DNA of 63,407 nt, counting the filler, from Reclinomonas americana ATCC 50394 (taxonomy: Eukaryota): NCBI GenBank assembly GCA_048213135.1. It is 16 parts of 16 records of this genome, joined end to end, with 100 filler letters (N's around TTAATTAATTAA, not from the genome) between each part and the next. Parts side by side here need not be neighbours in the genome. Positions count along the whole stretch, not along the records: positions 23,432 to 30,226 come from AFZH01020414.1; positions 30,327 to 33,933 come from AFZH01020415.1; positions 34,034 to 35,039 come from AFZH01020416.1; positions 35,140 to 41,571 come from AFZH01020417.1; 12 more parts are not named here. One strand, given 5' to 3'. Position numbers and translations under genes: made by a program. The notes beneath the pieces were generated by a model, which worked only from the letters and a program-made list of their open reading frames with translations, ran no database searches and was not told the DNA's origin. Positions 23,432 through 38,268 of this stretch are shown here, piece after piece. The stretch's first letter is position 1; every line of letters begins with the position of its first letter.

Positions 23432-26400
23432 GCGATCTTGCAGGCGCTCCGGCAGAATCTGGAACACTGTGTGCACGAGACAGGAAACGCAATCAGCACG
23501 TTGTGGATCACGAAAGATGACATGCATGATCAGCTCACCGTGCATCACCTCCGACACGCCCTTCAGCTCCATCGGCTATCACACCAGAGATTGTAAGTCA
23601 CGCCATCGAAACGCAAGCGAGGGCGAGTAAGAGACAGCACACATCAGACGCACCCCAATGTAGTTGGTCACCACCGGCATATCCAGCTCGAGTCGCCCTT
23701 CAGAGTCCTGTGTGTGTACCGCGCCGAGTGTCAGCAAAAACAAACAACAAGGAGTGTACGTTCGTCCGCGAATGGAACGCAACTCGTGGCAAAGTGCGCA
23801 GGAACTCGTCCGATACGTGGATCATGCCGCCCTTGGCCGTGCCGGACACACGCGCACCTCGATTGATCGTCGTGCCTGTGCGTGTCATCATGCCAGTAAG
23901 CGTCATGAATTGAATGAGAGTGGGACACAGGGGCACAGCGCACCGTAGTAGTCCAGTCGACCCACGACCTCGTCCATCTGTGTGTCGTGCACAACATGCA
24001 GTGAGTGAGCACGACTTTCACAAGCTGATACGGTAATCGTAGATTGTGCTCACCTTGTGCGTGGCTTCGCCATAGTGCAAGCCCATACGAATTCTGAGTC
24101 CACGGTAGATGACGCCAAATCGTGGCGAGTCCACAATCGCGCCATAGTTGAGTCGGTAGAGAGCTTTTGGCCAGCGTGTCTGCGATAGAGAAAATGGTGG
24201 TGAGGTGCGATGCAATCCTTGTTTTCCCCACAAGTGTGGTGTCTGTTACCTCCAGCAGTGCCATTTGCGTCTCCAGCGCCCAGTGAATTGCATCGAATGG
24301 CTTGGTGAAGGACACCATGAAAGCGTCACCTGCCCCACAGCAACAGAGTTAGGCACAGTTCTCTTGTCTCGGTGTGCTGAACGTGTGAACACGATCCACA
24401 CCTTCAGTCTTGACCTCGAAGCCGTTGTGGTCGCGCAATCCGCGACGCATGATGCGGTGGTGCTGCTGAATGCAGCGCGACATCAGATCGGCGTCCGTCT
24501 CCCACAAAGCCGTCGAGCCTGACAAGACTGTGTCAGTTTCTCAACTCAGTTCAACCTGCACACCGCACCGACTCACCTTCAATATCCTGCACGATGGAAG
24601 GATACACAAAGTGGACAAGATCACTATCAGCAACACATCACACAGTCAACAGAATCAGCAATGTAATCACCGTGAAGGCCACCACAATCTGCACATCCGT
24701 GGAGAAAGAAAATGAGCGACCTGCTGATGGAATAGGTGATGGATGGGCGACAGCACTGACCGTTCCCTTTGGTGCGTTGTCCAGGGCGGCGACATAGAGA
24801 TCCTCGGCGTCGACGCCGTACGCCTGGCTGTCGTTGTGCTCCTCGCGGTAGGTGCGGTCCTTGTAAACGAAGCGCGAAATGTACATGAAAGCTGCGGTGT
24901 TGGCCAACACCCACACTGCCACGGTAAGGCTGCCAACAAGCTGCATGGCCAGCTGCATCCCACGATTCGGCGGGATGAAGCCGAACACTGCACAGTCACT
25001 CTGTGAGCGATACAGAAACGGCGCGCGGAGCGCGTTTTCCTGGCGAGTACAGCACACACCGTTGAAGACATGCTCGTCCTTGTAGAGTACACCAGCAAGG
25101 AGGAGACCGACAATCGAGCACATGCCGTGCACACCGATGGCATCGCATGGGTCTGCAGCAGAATGAGAATCGTAGAACAACAGACACATCGCGGCAGTGG
25201 TGACCAACCATCAATGTGTAGCTTCTTTGCCAGACGCTATACCAATGAAGTGTGTTTGTCAGCAGCAAAAAATGAGAAGCTACACAGGTGCGGTAAACTC
25301 ACCACTCCAATGTGGTAGCACACTCCACTGACGACGCCAATGACGAATGCCGCCCACGGCTCGACAAATGCGCAGCCTGTGTGCCGTGAGACACAAAGTT
25401 GGAGACAGAATTAAACGTCTGTCGCTCTCACCTGAAGTGACGCCGACGAGGCCCGCGAGTGAGCCGTTGATCATCGAGTTGACATCGTAGATGCCCATTT
25501 TCCAGCTGCGTGTGACCACCAACGTGAGTACACACATCGCCTTCCCGATTCTCAGAAGATTCACACGTACCGAGCCACCAGCAAGGCGGAGAGTGTGGCT
25601 CCAGATCCCGCAATAATGGAATTCACCGCACACCGCCCTGCAGCACGCATTCAGCAGAACGCACAATCACTACTACAAGTGCGTGCAGAGTGAATACGCA
25701 CCTGCTGTGCGCATCTGCTCAATGCCTGGAGAGATAGTGACCGTGGAGCACGCGTTAAAACCCTGTTCGTCCCACGCGTACGCCGCAAATCAGCAACCAC
25801 GAATGCAGCACAGTACAGATGGTGAAAATGGCTGATGACGCACCAGCCAGCCAAACCACAGAATGAAGCTTCCGAGTGCTTGCAGCATTTGCTGCGTCTT
25901 GACCCACTGCGAGCGGACCATCTCGAGCGTGTTGTCGGCCTGCTCTGAGTTGAGCATAAAGCAAGAATCGCGGGAAGGAAGGTCTCTTGCGCACCGCCAC
26001 ATTTTCCACTTCATCGTCCTCCGTCATGCCGCCCATCGAGGAGCCACGATCGGACGAGTTGTTGTCGGGGGTGACCTTGGTCTCGAACACGACACCCGGC
26101 CGAGGCCCGAGAATCTGCGTCGGCGCCGTCGTGTCAACAACAAGTGTGGCCATCGGCGCTGACCGCATTATGCGAGCACTCACCGCTGCTCCAGCAATCG
26201 AGGCGTACCCACCGACCATGTGCACGGCGCAATCACCCGCAAAGTCAAGGATAAAGTAGCCGTAGAACGGACGCTTCTCAATCGGCGCGGTTCTGCAGTG
26301 CAAGCGGCGGGTGAGCGGACACGTACTTTGTGTGTGCCGAGCATACACTTCGCTGCTGTGCGACAGACCCACTCATCCAGCCATCTGCATCGCGTGTTTA

Positions 26401-27413
26401 TGAGAAAAGAAATCCATGCAACTAACGCCGAATTCGAAACCACGCACCTTTGCTCCACGTCCAGTGGGCAACCGTGCCGTAGATCCAGCTGCAGACGAAC
26501 AGGTTGAGCATCAAGTAACCCTGTGCGAGTGGGTGAGTACGGATCCAAACGGCCACCACCGCACACATTCATCATGGCCGACGAAACGGAGAGTTTGACA
26601 CGCTCCTGAAGATGAAATCCGAACCCGAACCACACGCAGACTGCGGTAAGATCCCTCTCTCGACGAAAACGGCAAACGAAACGGAAACGCAACAGCCATG
26701 GCGCCCGACATGACAGTTCCCTGTGGAGGAAGAAGGCAAAACGCTGAGTTTACATGGCTGGACTGGCGGAAGCTCTTGGACACGCAACTGCACAAGCACA
26801 AAAGCCAAAGCCGAATACCCACACTAAACCATCGGTGGTCGAACTGGGTACACCAAACACTTGTGCCGAATCAAAGCCGAATACACCATTCGATGCTGTC
26901 ATTGTACATCAAGCGAACCAGAAAGGAGTGCGGTAGGGGAGAGCAGAAAGGAGAGAGAGGAGATCGGTCACACAGGTGCCAAATCTGGAGAGACACATCG
27001 ACCGTTGACTCACGTGCGTTTTGGAAAGTGTAGCCCAGCGCCCACCAGGCCAACATCGCCGTTCCCGTATCCGCGTAGTTCTTGAGCACGATAAGCTGTA
27101 CACCCTTGCGCACACTGGCCGCCTGCGTTTTGTGTGTAATGTGACGCAAGTTTGTCACAAAATGCGACGACTCTCCGAACACAGAGAGAGAGCACACACA
27201 CACACACACACAGACTCTCCCTGCTGGTGTCTCACGACTCACCTCAATGAGCAAGAAGCCAGCTTTCATGAAGAACACCAGAGTGCCACCGACAAAGATC
27301 CACTACGGCACGCAGTGCGTGTGAGAAAAACGACAAAATACCGCTCACAGATGGGTGTGCATGAGTGGGTCGCATGCATGTGCGTATCAAGTGGGCGAAG
27401 AAGAGTGTGCACG

Positions 27414-27447
<34 letters not shown>

Positions 27448-27724
27448 CAGCACTATGTGTTGTATCATCTCAGGTCAGCACCACGCTTGGAAAACAGCAA
27501 GCGAAAGGAGATCTCAGTGCGTCTCTGTTGCAGTGCGCGTGGAAGAGTGCGCGCGTGTGTGTACGAGGGAGGGAGGGAGGGAGAGAGAGAGAGAACGATA
27601 ATCGTGTTCGCGAATGAGCCGTTAGTGAGTGGTGAGACGCAACGACAGCGTTGATACCAAACGGCAGATCTGAGTATGGATCGGGCGCCGCTGCCGCAGG
27701 CATCGATGCCGACGCGTCGTCCAT
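23432..27724 (-). CDS. Ammonium transporter - class III adenylyl cyclase fusion, paralog B; last residues lost in gap
   Basis: Same exon structure as paralog A: MDDASASMP..GINAV|WIFVGGTLVFFMKAGFLLIE..SGAMA|ERVKLS..DFAGDCAVH..ILWFGWL|GFNACST..DPCDAIGVHG. Junction exon 24761-24987, then FT|DIEG..EVKTEG|DAFMV..GLRIRMGLHYG..DYYG..NRGARV. Confidence 0.93.
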
Positions 27725-28673
27725 TGTGACGAGTGTGCAAGTGGAAACACTGCGTGTGAGTGCGTGAAAAAGCTGTTGTCTCTTCTCGCACAACCCACGA
27801 ACAAAATAAACACTCAAAATATTCGCTGCGCAAAAATGGAATCCAGTACGTATCGCGAGAACGGCCCGCCGCGTTGTTTCTTCGAGGCGTTGAGAACACG
27901 TTCACCGCGGGCATGGGTGTACGAGGAGCTGGGACGCCGGCAGCGTGCGTGTGCTTGCGGCGGTGGAACGGTGTGGTCAGTCGAAAGAAACAAGTGCATC
28001 GATTCGTTCAGGATTGCAATTCGCGGAGCTCCCTCATTTCCTCGCGCCGTTCATCATATCGCAGTTTGTCGATGGGTTTGTCCGCCCTTCAGCGCTGCGC
28101 TGGCGCGCCGCTCATGCTCAGCGGTCGGCGGGTACCGACAAATCAAGCAGAACTCTGCGGCCGGATTCAAGAAACTCTCTGCTGCTGTGTGCTTAGCCCC
28201 GAAGAGAGTGCATTGCATGATACATGTACATCTACTGCAGCGGCCACCAAAGTCAAGTTGGCTGCTGTTCACCATCTGCACTCGCTCCACCCCACCACTG
28301 CTCGTCGCCAGTGTGTGTGTCCCGACCGCCAGGGCCGGTATCTAACGACCATTCCCCTGCTCTCCTTCTTTCGCCGCTGCAACGATACTCTCTCCCTGGA
28401 AACACCAGCAACACGGCGATTCTCTTGCCTAACAGTCGAGGCTACTGTTGCTTCCCTTCTCTCGCCAGCCCTCACCCAACCCACATCTATCGATCTTCCC
28501 TTCAACATTCTCGGCATCGCGATCGACACAGACCGCGCAGTGCGGTCGCGATCACGCATTCCACAACGCTTGACACGGGCCCACAACGCAAGAGGGCACG
28601 CACGCACTATCGTCACAGCAGTACCCGTGCGCAACAAAAGACGAAACTCTAACCGCCGTCTTCGAACATCTCT

Positions 28674-29681
28674 TTACGCATCTGTTCCACCGGCACCACC
28701 GCCTGCCGCCCACCGCCGCTCACGCTCCTTCTGCCGCACCTCGCGCTCCAACTCGAACTGCCGATGATCAGCACGCACGAGAAACTCTTGCCGCTCGATG
28801 AACCTTTCGCGGTATCACATGAGAGAAACAAACAAACACACGCAGCAGCACAGCAGCTTGCAGCCGCAATCCACAAACCCGTCCTTTCGTGCACCGGCCA
28901 GCTCGTCCTCCAGACCCTGGTCGTTCTTGTACGAGTCCCAGTCGCGCTTGGATCGATCCAGCACCGACTCCTTCTTCGGCTTCTTGATGGCGTTGATCAT
29001 GTCGTCGATGGAGTTGCCGGCGGGACTGTAGGAGAGACAGAGAGCGTGGTGAGAGGAGCGGCCAAAAGAAGAGAGAACGCTCGGGCGACCAAACGTGCCG
29101 TTTCGTGCCGGCCAGTCGCGCTGTCGGAGGCGAGGCGACTGGCGGAGGTGGAACAGGCGCGGGCGGAGGCGGAGGTGCAGCAGCAGCAGTAGCAGGTGGC
29201 TTGCGCACACGACTGCTGGCCTGCATCTCGGCGAAGAAATCATCGACCGACTTGCCGGACGCACCACCACTCTTCTGTGCGCCGCCGGAGATGGTCGCGG
29301 CAATCGCAGTCGCCGCGACCGCAGCAGCGCCACGTGTCACACGCGCCTCTCGCGGTTTCACTCCACCCTCAATCGCCGCCCAGTCCTCATCATCATCACC
29401 AGAGTCCGATGTCTCCGCCTCGTCCTCCTCCTCATCCTCCTCATCTCTCCCGACTCGCTTGCCCTTCTTGCCGCTCGCAGATCGCGGAGGCTTTGCTTTC
29501 TTTGTCGCCGCTGCAGATGCGCTCGTCGACTTGCTCTTGGCCGCTTTCTCTGCACCCACACACGCACACATGCACACACACAGTGTGAGTTGCGCCTGTT
29601 GTTGCCTGTGCGGCATCACCCCGTCAAACCTGGCACGTAGTCCTCATCGGCGGAGCTATCGCTGCTTTCGTCGTCGCTCAT
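28674..29681 (-). CDS. SWC5: BCNT-domain protein (CFDP1/Swc5 family)
   Basis: N-terminal MSDDESSDSSADEDYVP. C-terminal BCNT motif KKESVLDRSKRDWDSYKNDQGLEDEL..KDG|FIERQEFLVRADHRQFELERE. Confidence 0.88.
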
Positions 29682-29807
29682 GTTTGAGTGTTTGAATTGT
29701 TGACGCAGGACATCCTTGCCTTCTTGCTGCTTCCTACGACCATTCATTCACTAACGAGCAAGTCTATCAACGACTACGAGGACGGCAACGCCACGCTTGC
29801 AAATTCT

Positions 29808-30101
29808 CTAAAACACTGGCTGCGCCGCTCGTACTTCCGGCTCGACCTCGGCAAAGGCCTTCTTGTAGGGCGAGTCGGCCCCGGGTGGTGTCACCAGAAT
29901 CACCGAGGTTGGTCGCTTGGTGCCTGCGGCGGCGCCCAGCTCGGCCTTTGACGGTGTGTAAATGTAGGGAATGCCGGCGTCTTCGCACAGCACCGCCAAG
30001 TGCGAGATCACGTCAATCGGGCTAATGTCGCCCGCAATGATGCACACTCTGTGCACGACGAACGAGAGAGAGAGAGAGAGAGAGAGAAGAGTGTAAGAGA
30101 G

Positions 30102-30148
<47 letters not shown>

Positions 30149-30421
30149 CGAGAAGAAGACGTAACGTACGTACGTACGTACGGACGACGAACGACGTACG
30201 ACGTACGTACGACGTACGTACGACGTNNNNNNNNNNNNNNNNNNNNNNNNNNNNNNNNNNNNNNNNNNNNTTAATTAATTAANNNNNNNNNNNNNNNNNN
30301 NNNNNNNNNNNNNNNNNNNNNNNNNNAAAGGGACGAACTTACGAAAAGGAAGTACCGACTTCGCGTGAGGCCGACGAAGACGTGCATGCACACGACTACA
30401 CAGACACACGACGACGAAGAA

Positions 30422-30479
<58 letters not shown>

Positions 30480-31085
30480 GGAGAAGAGCGCAGACACTTG
30501 CACTCTCACTTGCACCATCACTCAATGACACGGAGACGAATGTGTCTTCGCACTCTCTTTTCAAACACACTTGCACACAGAGAAGCACTCCCAAACACGC
30601 ACACTTCACAGAGAAGCACACAGGGCCACACTCTCATTCACACTCTCACTCCAATCATTTCACGGAATGCAATGCCGCAGTCAGGACGACACATACGTGT
30701 GAAGGCACGCACACGCACGCACACATAGAGAGAGAGAGACAGTATGTGTGTGCGTGCGTGTGAAAGAGAGAAAGAGAGAGTGTGCGCGCAAAACGCACAC
30801 ACACTCTTCACGGAAGAGAGCAGGTAAGTCACGCACCCCTTTGCGCCCTTGCGAATGCACTTGACGACCTCACGCACACCACGCTTGATGCCCTTGGCCT
30901 CCGTTGCTACAAACACACGCACACAGATGAGCATCAACACACACGCACTCTCTTTGTCACACACACATGCACATGCACACACCCTTCTTGACCAGCTTCA
31001 ACAGCGACTTGTTGAGCTTCTTGGGCGCCAGCGGACTGGCAATCGCACACACAAACTGGCCGTACGCAGCAGCAGACTCGTCCAT
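29808..31085 (-). CDS. NHP2: H/ACA snoRNP subunit 2 (L7Ae family)
   Basis: IASPLAPKKLNKSLLKLVKK|..IKRGVREVVKCIRKG|..IIAGDISPIDVISHLAVLCEDAGIPYIYTPSKAELGAAAGTKRPTS. One intron spans the gap at 30227. Confidence 0.95.
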
Positions 31086-31149
31086 GTCTCACACACAAAC
31101 AAAAAACTAACAATGAGTGTCCTTTGTGTGTCCCTCTTGTCGCAAACAA

Positions 31150-33116
31150 ATGAGTGCCTGGGAGCTTCTGTGGCTGCTGCTTGCCGCACTGTGCGCCTTT
31201 CATGTTACGCACTGCCTCTCACTCGCCTCTCTATGCGCTCTTCTGCTCACACTCTCAAGTAGGTGTGGGAGAGTGTGGTGTGGCCGCGTTTGCGCTTTGG
31301 AGGTGCAGGTGGTGCGTTGCGTGCGGGTGCGTGTGTGGTCATCACAGGTGCCAGCTCGGGCATTGGGCGGGCGGCGGCGCTGGAGTATGCCAAGGCCGGG
31401 TGTCGTGTCGTGTTGCTGGCGCGCACAGAGGTGATTAGGAGAGACGGAAGGCAAGGGAAAGGGTGTGAGACACAGACGCTTTCCTCGTTGCATCGGAGCT
31501 TTGTGGCGTCTCTGCACATGACACGCTTTGCTCAGTGCCACAACAACACCGTTCGCTGGGCGGTTCTTCCCTCGTGAGAGGCAGCACAGACGAATTCTAC
31601 TCGCTCGCCTTTCTTGTTCTCGTTGCATCGGAGCCTTGTTGCTTCTCTGCTTGACACGCCTTGCTCAGCGCCACAACAACACCGTTCGTTGGTCTCTCCC
31701 TCGTGAGAGGTAGCACAGACGCTTTCGTTCTCGTTGCATCGGAGCTTTGTGGCGTCTCTGCATGACACACAGACCTCTTCCTTGCTCAGTGTCTCTTTCA
31801 CGCTGTTCACTCTGGTCCATCTTTGTGAGAGGCAGCACAGACGCCTCTGTTCTTGTTCTCGTTGCATCGGATCTTTGTGGCGTCTCTGTACGACACACAG
31901 ACCTCTTCCTTGCTTAGTGCGTCTTCCACGCTGTTCACTCTGGTCGGTTCTCCCTCGTGAGGCAGCACAGACGCCTTCCTTGCGCTGTGCCAGTAGTGTT
32001 CTTCTTGTCGTTACATCGGCGAACCGTAGCTTCTCTTCACACTCCTTCTCTCTTTGATCCTTGCCCGACATACCGTCCTTCTCCCTTCTCCCTTCTCCCT
32101 CTCCCCTTCTACCACTCACTTGCTGCCGTGATCGATTTGTTTGTGCGTTGTGCAGTCGAAGCTGCGCGAGGTGGTGGCCGAGATCGCGCAACTCAAGGGC
32201 GGTCGAGTGCCGCGAGCCACGTACCACGCCGTGGACGTGTCGGACGCCGATGCCATGTTGAGTGTGGCCGACCGCATTGTGGCCGACAACAACGGCCAGC
32301 CGCCGGATGTGCTCGTCAACAATGCGGGCGCCGGTCAGTGGCTGTTTGCGAGCGAGACCAAGCCGTCGCAGATGGTCGACATGATGTGTGTGCCGTACTT
32401 TGCCGCCTTCAACGCCACGCACGCCTTTTTGCAGCGCATGAAGGCCAACCGACGCGGGCAGATTTTGTTTGGTGAGACTTCTTCCTCCGCCCGCTTGCTG
32501 CAAACCTTGCTGCTCTCACCTCCGCTTTGACAGTGACGTCGCCGGCAAGCTACGTGTCGATCCCCGGTGCCGCCTGCTACACGGCCGCCCGTCATGCTGG
32601 TCTGTCGCGCGTGTGTGTGTGTGAGAGAGAGAAAATGAGTGTGCTGACTGCTGCGGTGAACAGTCAAGGGCTTTGCCGAGTGCCTGCAGGCCGAGTTGAA
32701 GGGCTCCGGCCTCAATGTCTCCATCGTGGTCATGGCCAAGGTGCGGTGAAGCGAGGATAAGTGGCCACCATCCGCGTACTAACCCTCGCCACGCCCGTGC
32801 AGGTGGCCTCCACCTACTGGGCCAACAACCCGGGATCAGAAGAGGTTTTCTTCTTGTCGCCAAGCTCCTCTTGACCCCCCGCTCTTCTCACCCTGTCTCT
32901 ATGCACCCCACCCACCAGCGCGTCCCGGGCATCAGCGTGCTCATCCCGACCATGTCCGAGGAGGCCGCCGGTCGCACGCTGGTCGAGGCCAGCCGCTACC
33001 CGCGCGACCTCATCACGGCTCCGTTCATTTTCACCGTCATTTACGAGGCATATCTGCTGCTTCCGCGCGTCGTCACCTGGCTCCTGCATGTGACCTCCAC
33101 CAAGGCCAAGCACTGA
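31150..33116 (+). CDS. Short-chain dehydrogenase/reductase with N-terminal membrane anchor
   Basis: ITGASSGIGRAAA (TGxxxGxG), DVLVNNAG, SPAS..YTAARHA|VKGF. The catalytic YxxxK appears as YxxxR. Confidence 0.9.
31470..31975. repeat. Intronic minisatellite, ~4 degenerate ~120-bp units
   Basis: Recurring CACAGACG..CTCGTTGCATCGGAGCTTTGTGGCGTCTCTG..CCCTCGTGAGAGGCAG inside the long SDR intron. Confidence 0.85.
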
Positions 33117-33223
33117 TAGACAGACTGACAGAGGGAGAGGAACAAGAAAGTGAAACGTCGAGTCCTGTGAGATGTGACTCCGCGTACACTCCGTTTGCAC
33201 TCTCCACACCGAGGGCGTGCACT

Positions 33224-35438
<2,215 letters not shown>

Positions 35439-35588
35439 TGGCGATCGATCCAGTGCCGATCATGCAGCACATTCGCGTGTGTGTTAAGTGTGTACAAGTC
35501 CATAAAATCTCCTCTTGTGTAGCGCACGTGCAACGAAAAAGGGAGTCTACAATTGTTGTCTCGGTACCCACTGACTGTGCACGTCTCC

Positions 35589-37559
35589 TTACTCGTCGTC
35601 CTCCTGCTCTTCGTCTTCCTCCTCCTCCTCCTCCTCGTCTGCAACAGTTCACAGTCAGTCAGCAACCACATCGCCATCTCACTGCACCGCAAGCGCACAC
35701 GCACCTGCTTCCTCCTCCTCCTCCTCCGCTTCCTCCTCCTTCTTCTCCTCCTCTTCCTCCTCCTCCTCAGCCGGTGGTGCCGCCTCACGGGCAGCTTGGC
35801 GCTTCGCAATCTCCAGCTTCAGACGAGCGGCACGCGACAACGGCTCTTCCTCGCCCAACTCCTCGTCGTTGTCTCCCGTGTCGGCAATCACCAGGCCACC
35901 GGCCACCGGCGCCGCAGCAGACGCAGGCTTCTCCGTCGTCTTCACCTCCTCCTTCTTGGCGGCCGGAGCGGCGGGCTTGCTCTCCACCACCTTCTCCTTC
36001 ACCTCCTCCACCACCTCTTCCTCTTCCTCCTCCGCCTCCTCCTTCGCCTGAGGCTGCTCCTCGGTCGTGTCCTTGGTGGCCTCCGAGAACGTGCGCAAAA
36101 TGTTGATGCGGCGAGCAAACTCGTCGGCCTTGCTGCCTCCCACGTTGCCGGAGGTCACAATGCGCTGCAGGCGCGACATCTCGTTGGCGATGTAGTCGGT
36201 GCCCTTCTCAGCCACACGCTCGGCGAACCGGACGTACATCTCGGCAGACCTGCGAGCGAGGGTCAGATATCTTATGTTCACTGAACGGGCGATCGTGAAG
36301 ACGCAACTCCTTGGCATCGACGGCAGCCTTGGAGACGGCGGACTTGAGCGAGCTGAGGTTGTTGCGCGCGTCCTTCACAAAGCCCTTGATTGCCGAGAAC
36401 AGCGACGGCACCACACCGGCGGTCTCCTTGAGCGAGCCGTCTAGGTTGCGTTGAGTGCCGCAGCGCTCGTTGAGGAATTCCACAAAGGCGGTGGGTGTGC
36501 GGCCGGCCGTGTACGACTCGCCGTCCTTGTTGTCCTTCGGGAAGAACATGATGGTGGGGAAGCCCTTGACGTCAAACTTCTCCGCCAGCTCGCGATGCTT
36601 GTCGGCCTCCACATTCGCCACAACGCAGTTCGGCTCGTTGCGGAACGCCTGTGCCACCTTTTCGTAGTCCGGCGCCAGACGCTTGCAGTGACCGCACCTG
36701 TTCTCTCGGGTTCAGCGGCCGAGCGCTTTGGATAAGAATACGTACATGACACACACGCGTACCATGGAGCAAAAAACTCCACCAGCACGTTCTTGTTCGG
36801 GTCGCGCACAATCTTGTCAAAGTTGCTCGGCTCCAGCTCCGTCACATACGAGGGCTGGCGCACAATGCGCAGGCTGGTGCCTGTGAACGTGTCAGTAAAA
36901 CACGATCGCAGCAACAGAACACACACACATACACCCGCACACACGAACCAGCGCGCGAGTTGAGCCAGCTCAGCAAGTCGTCGGCACTGCGACCGCCCTT
37001 GTACCTACGGAAAACCTCCAAGTGAGTCATGGCAAGCCAGTGTTCGTGGTGGCGCTGGTTTGACGCAACTCTTCCGGCTCCGTGGAACCCTTTGGGAACC
37101 TGCATTCCACCATGAGTGCGCGCAGACGGCAAAGGCGAGCGCAAACAAGTGAAAAGAGACAGAGACAGAGAGAAAGGAAAAGGACATCTTCGCCACACAA
37201 AAAGCCCACACAAGATCGACTCCTCCGAGTGCAGACGGAACAGGTGGCGTTTCTCCAAGCAGCAGAACACATACACACACACACTCTCTCTCACACTACA
37301 ACACTCGCCACTTGATCGTGGGGAAGCCCGACACGTCAAAACGCTTGCCCAAATCACGATGCTCGTCGGCATTGACCTTGCCAACAATCACACCCTGTCC
37401 GGCCGCACCCGCACGCACAATCGCATCGCCAACCTCGCGCAGAGCCTGCACAGAACATCAGACACAGAAAGAGAGAGACAGGGGAGAGGGAGACATGGAG
37501 AAAAAGGTGATTGCAAACCCCGAGTTGTCTCTTTCTCACACATAGCAAGACAGACAGAC

Positions 37560-37596
<37 letters not shown>

Positions 37597-38233
37597 AAAC
37601 GCAGGAAGGCGACTGCAGAACTACTCGAGTTGTCTCGCATGCTGTCTCTTACACGCAGACAGACAGACACAAAGAGAAAGAGAGAAGGGACGGAGAAAAG
37701 GTAGATTGCAAACCCCACTTGTCTCTCTCTCTCTCTCTCTCACACACACTCTCTCTCTCCTTACACACACACAAACGCAACTCCTTCCAGAGCCTTGCAG
37801 TGACCACACCACGGAGCGTAAAACTGGGGCCAGAGAAGAAGAATCGTCAGTCGCTCATTCACTCCCTCTCTCCAACACACACACATTGGTGTGTCTCTCT
37901 CTTCTTCATCACCGCCACGTCACGCACCTCAACCAACGCAGGTCGGCTTCCGTCGACAATGCTGTCAAAGTTGTCGGGAGTCAAGTCGGTGATGCCAGGC
38001 AGCGGGTCGGCCGGGTCCTGCACAGTGCCACGAGACACAGAGACAAAAGTGAGTGAGCGAGACAAGAGCATCATGACGTCGACAACGAGTGCGTGTGTGT
38101 TGAGTAAGAGCGCGACATTTTCCTCTTCTTCTCTCTCTCTCTTTGCTCCCTCACGCGGGCGAGACGCAACAGCCGACACCACAGCAGCCAGGCAGGCAAT
38201 GGCCACCAGCACGACAAACAGCACTGCGCGCAT
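35589..38233 (-). CDS. Protein disulfide isomerase, a-a'-D (ERp29-C) type, with long acidic tail
   Basis: Signal peptide MRAVLFVVLVAIACLAAVVSA; two APWCGHCK sites; GFPTI motifs; helical D domain (YVRFAERVAEKGTDYIANEMSRLQRI..KADEFARRINILRTF); ends EEQEDDE-stop. Confidence 0.93.
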
Positions 38234-38268
38234 CCTGATCAAAAACAAAAAGAGAATGAGGGGAATTT

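Noticed and set aside
18370..27724. The two Amt-cyclase copies as allelic haplotypes of one gene
   Set aside because: The N-termini, Amt-domain introns and upstream flanks are unalignable, far beyond allelic divergence.
27760..28767. 335-aa plus-strand ORF upstream of Amt-cyclase B
   Set aside because: No recognisable motifs, non-ATG start, and it overlaps the SWC5 3' end antisense; probably a chance ORF in GC-rich DNA. A small gene or ncRNA here cannot be excluded.
30150..30360. (GTAC/GACG)n low-complexity stretch that looks like a repeat array
   Set aside because: It flanks a gap after a GA microsatellite and cycles T-A-C-G, as expected for degraded pyrosequencing read ends; likely artefact.
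31470..31975. Possible CRISPR-like repeat-spacer array
   Set aside because: Units are degenerate along their whole length with no unique spacers, lie inside a eukaryotic intron, and no cas genes are present.
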